From: Paraspadella gotoi
Lineage: Eukaryota; Animalia; Chaetognatha
Direction: 5' to 3'
Assembly: GCA_051294375.1 (NCBI GenBank)
Contig: JBJCIZ010001636.1
Coordinates: 1 to 11,207 of the forward strand
DNA: 11,207 nt
Of the stretch, positions 7,560 through 11,207 are shown piece after piece. The first letter of the stretch is position 1, and the number at the start of each line of letters is the position of its first letter. Both the position numbers and the translations under genes were made by a program. Under the pieces are notes generated by a model that did not search any database, was not told the origin of the DNA, and was given only the letters and a program-made list of their open reading frames with translations.

Positions 7560-9430
7560 GACAAAGCAGGAGTAGTGGATCGTCGGGCGACGTGCAGACG
7601 AGGCAAATATATCAGCCAAAGTAACGAAGAGGAAATAGGACAAACACTGGGGAATACGAGTCCCCGTCGGCGACTGAACGCCACCAGGAGCACGCAGCGA
7701 CGTACTCAGCATGCGAGCAGCGAGCAAAGCAAAAAATCAGCGAAGAGCGTACGAACACGGCTCATCTGCGGCCCCAGATGACGAACAACACCGAGCAAAA
7801 GCTGTGACCTAACCCGTGTGGCTGCCCACCGGCCGGTGTGGGGGAGAGAACATTCCAGAACCCAAACATCAACGGCGTCGATGCACTCGCTACGCGCAGA
7901 AAGGGCGGGAGCTACACGACAAAAAGAATGGTTCCTCTGAGGAGCCTTACCCAATCAGAGTGAGGACAAAACGGGAATACGCGGATCCCAGGAGAGGAAG
8001 GAAGCGGACAATCATAACCCACTCACATCCGCACTAAGACGCGATGGCTACTGTAGGGTGGAAAAGTCAATCCGACGATCCACACCTACGGAACAAGAGA
8101 ACGCAAAAACGAGGGCAATCTCACTCCTGTTCACGCGAACGAACCGAGTACGATGAAATGAAGTCAAAGAAACTGGAGAGCGACTACGCAAAGCCGCACC
8201 TGCAGCCTACCCAGGGATCCTGGGCGTGGAGAGACGGCCAAATGAAGCGGGTCACGCGTGTCGAAGGATACGGCTTGCACGACGAAGAGGGCATAATGCC
8301 GTCCGTCGCCGAAACGGACAGTCAGGACGACACGACAGAGAGCCAAAAACAGGCAAACACTCGAGTGGCAAGAACGCCGAAAACAGAAGATCCCGGAAAG
8401 GTCTAGGACAAAGTGCGCGCGCCATCAGTGCAAATCCACAACGCCGCCCAACGCGAACTGCTGCCAAGAAATCTGCCTGCGGAAAGCAAAATGTAATGTC
8501 CCGGTGGGTGCTAAGGCATCCGGACGAGCGCACCATTTCAGAGACGTCAACTGTGGGGCGCACCCACATCATCGCTCATCATGCGGTAGCGGCGCGTCGC
8601 CCCACACGCGAAAGATAGACAGTCAGGTGAGGTAGCCTACACTGAGAACGCTAAACATAAAAAAAAAAAACCTATGTATTGGCGAGCAGAAACAAACAAC
8701 GCAGTCACCGCCTCACGACCCCGCCGACACGACTCTGCAGTCCGAGAGCCAAATGAAGCGCGGAGAGCTTGCCGGTACCGCCACAAATGCCCCTGCGCGA
8801 CAACCTGCTCGATCAAGAGACGCATCTGTCAGGGCGCAAATCGATGAACGGCAGCTGTTAAAGGAACTCTCCACGTCACGAAGACACAAAAAAAACTGGC
8901 AAGATCCTTACCCATGCAGGGACCGAGGCAGAGCCGCCGTCCGGCACGCATGACCACCACGGGATCGAACGGACGTGCCCAAACACCTGCGATACCGCCC
9001 AATCTAGCAAGACAAACGGCGAAATACCGAGAGGCGATAAAGGACGCCCGTGCAATAAACTGCAAATACGCGTAACGCAATATTATGCGATTCTCTCATC
9101 CCCATACCTAAAAAAGGAACAATTCACCGTGATCCAAAGAGACTCTATCTACAATCGAACTATCGCTCGCGTAAGTCATCGAGACCGACACAGCAAAACA
9201 CAGGCTCAGTTGTCTAAGCGCTAAGTCAACCAAAGAATGGGGAAAGCACCGCCGCTGACACCAGCCGTGTCCGTCCGCGACGCGTCGGGGAACAAAGCGG
9301 AAAAACAAAAGTGGGCGGAACCAGCCGCACGCGGACCGCCCCTAGCATCCCCGGCTACAGCAAGCAATAGCCATGGTGGCCTCAGCTGTGCTGGCGTACT
9401 GTGCGCAAAGACGATGCGCGCCCGAATAGA
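7560..9430 (+). pseudogene. Putative env-like third ORF (membrane glycoprotein), fragmented
   Basis: Lies between integrase and the candidate PPT. Contains RVRTKR (RTKR at 7963-7974), a stop-free frame 8297-8635 with 8 Cys between 8414 and 8584, and a hydrophobic AIAMVASAVLAYCA followed by QRRC (9364-9417). No family was recognised and no signal peptide could be reconstructed. Confidence 0.4.
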
Positions 9431-9611
9431 AACTGTCCGACGGCTGCAATAGACAATCGACCCTAGGATCGCTAAGGAGGAGCCGGGGCTCAAGTAGGAC
9501 GATTAAACCCCCCACTCGCGAACGGAGGGGGCGGACGTCTAGCAACCCTCACGTGACCACGCGGGCACCTGCTGCTGGTGCTCCGCCGCGCCGCCCAACC
9601 CAGACACAGGG

Positions 9612-9641
9612 AGCAGAAGCAGCAGAAGCAGCAGAAGCAGC
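9612..9641 (+). repeat. Tandem repeat (AGCAGAAGC) x3.3
   Basis: Perfect 9-bp unit, directly visible. It would encode AEAAEAAEAA in ORF 9553-9774. Confidence 0.9.
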
Positions 9642-9806
9642 CGCTGGCAAGGCCAAACTCATCCAAAAGCCAAACAAAACCTTACCCTTAAACCTCTATG
9701 CCACACGTGACACAAACCAACACATGAAGAGGATAAGGGATCACATGGGGGGGCCAAGGGTGAACAAGCAGTAGCCTGACGTGTGTGTAGGGAGCATAGC
9801 GAAACT

Positions 9807-9823
9807 GAAAGGAGAAGGAGAGG
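9807..9823 (+). promoter_or_regulatory. Candidate polypurine tract (plus-strand primer)
   Basis: GAAAGGAGAAGGAGAGG, 17 consecutive purines, with TG starting at 9826, downstream of the coding regions. The + strand is purine-rich overall, so this is weak evidence. Confidence 0.3.
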
Positions 9824-9825
9824 TC

Positions 9826-10481
9826 TGATGGAAGGTGCTGCACTGGTGCTGCTGGCTCACAAAGAAAGAGCAAAAAGTCAGCCATGCAAGTGGAGCACAG
9901 TACTGAGAGAAAACGCTGTGTCCGTTACTGTCGTAGAAGAATCCTGTATCCGCGATCGCGACGCAGTCAGTAACGTCTGATGAGAAATGTACAATATTGC
10001 AGATAGCCATATGTATATAAGACGCAAACCAAGAAATGGAAAAGTGCAAAACAGTGGGTAAGGTGTGCGCAGAGTGGATCGGCAGAAAAAGTGGCAGAAG
10101 AAGAAATATATACTCTGGGGGAAAAATGCGGCCCATGAAAGTGGGGCCCAAAAAGGAGATAAAGCTAATGTAAGCGGAAAATAACCGTATCAGATAAGAG
10201 GTGGGAGTGAACCCACCGAAGGAGATAGAAGGGTAAAAGACTATATGCCTGAGTCAATCTGTAGAGGATATCAAAGGTGCAAAGAAATGAAGAGCCGAAA
10301 TTGTGTGGAAGTGCGAGATGTTTAATCTAATTGATTTTATATTAAGTTCCAGTATTTATGATTATTAGTATTGAATAAATAATAGACTGGTTTCTATAAA
10401 AGGTATACAACACAATATACAATGAAATTCTACAGAGCAAAATGCGAAATCAGTTCTGAAATAGCTAACAATAAATTTACA
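9826..10481 (+). repeat. Candidate 3' LTR (unconfirmed; no second copy in the window)
   Basis: TG after the candidate PPT, TATATAA at 10014-10020, AATAAA at 10374-10379 and 10470-10475, and a possible ...TTACA end at 10477-10481. The order fits U3-R-U5, but no matching 5' LTR or target-site duplication is visible. Confidence 0.25.
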
Positions 10482-10559
10482 CTAAATAGACAATCTGTCT
10501 TATACTCAATAAGCCTACTCATTATTCTGTGGGTATACTTGCAAATATAGAATATGAAT

Positions 10560-11207
10560 ACTCGAATCTATATGTCATTACTATGTAATCTTTACCATTA
10601 CTACTTTAAATACAACCTCCTATATTATATCCGAGATAAAATCTAACATTCAATCTGGTATAATCTCTTCTATGAATTACCTGTATCATCTTATCATATA
10701 ATATCTAGACTCTCCAAGATTAACTCTTAAAGCTAGTTTTGAACAAAAGAAAATGTAAAAAGTCACATCCGCAAAAATAAATTATTTAAGACTCAACAAC
10801 ATCCTCTTAGCTCCCTTTAATTATCCATGAACCTCAAACTCTCTCCTTATCCACAGAAGATAATCAATTCGCAGATCGTCCAAATGCTCCCTCCGTTAAA
10901 CATCCCTATACTTCCATCAGTAATCCCACCCTACTTCGCCCTACTACCATTTTAATGGCTCTTCCTACCTCCTTTTACAACTCTCAACTCCTCCTTCACT
11001 CACTAACCTTAACTCTACAAATTAACATTTTAATATGCCATTTATCTCTCCTCACCTACTCATCAACTCCCCAAATTATACTAATGATATATAATACACC
11101 TAATCACTATCCAATACATATACAGATTCTATATCATGATAATCTGAGAAAATTCATCAACTTTCAATCACTGATTCACTTCTATAGCACCTCTCCTCTT
11201 CTTTCTC
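10560..11207. other. AT-rich, strongly G-depleted non-coding tail (host flank or low-quality sequence)
   Basis: No ORF of 60 aa or more in the track. By hand count there are 11 G in the last 287 nt (10921-11207). Confidence 0.6.

Larger units (their letters stand above)
1..10481 (+). mobile_element. Ty3/Gypsy-type (Metaviridae-like) LTR retroelement, frameshifted as given; 5' end probably outside the window, 3' end uncertain
   Basis: Collinear motifs on the + strand: protease (L)DTGASIN ~2048-2073; RT WRLICDLSAVN 3323, SVDILACFH 3437, PMGGVNS 3554, YV(D)D ~3657-3670, IKILGF 3803; RNase H IRIYAD 4157 to DFL 4561; integrase H-x4-H...C-x2-C 6097-6213, TDG 6464, VGDRVYV 6899, K..RYITGP ~6961-6987. 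PR-RT-RH-INT order excludes Ty1/Copia, and the motifs look Gypsy-like rather than BEL/Pao. Only the 2040-7100 core is well supported. Confidence 0.85.

Noticed and set aside
10780-11207. Mitochondrial fragment or fold-back of the purine-rich 9800-10320 segment
   Set aside because: Only base composition suggests it. I saw no ORF, tRNA fold or reverse-complement alignment by eye.

Overview
Most of this window (about 1-10,480, + strand) reads as one heavily frameshifted eukaryotic Ty3/Gypsy-type (Metaviridae-like) LTR retroelement. Motifs can be read across frameshifts in the order gag-like region, aspartic protease, reverse transcriptase, RNase H and integrase (HHCC zinc finger, DDE-type core, GPY/F module). 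Two features are unusual. About 1.25 kb of extra coding sequence (an unrecognised domain plus a Pro/Thr-rich linker) lies between RNase H and integrase. A roughly 1.9 kb region after integrase has fragments consistent with an env-like glycoprotein gene: a furin-like RTKR, a single-frame Cys cluster and a TM-like segment. A candidate polypurine tract and 3' LTR follow, then an AT-rich, G-poor tail. The damage pattern (duplicated-base insertions in catalytic codons, abrupt T loss after 6295, one clean 1.3 kb block) suggests unpolished long-read error rather than old decay, so the real element may be intact. No database searches were run. All family assignments come from motif recognition by eye, and most boundaries are approximate.
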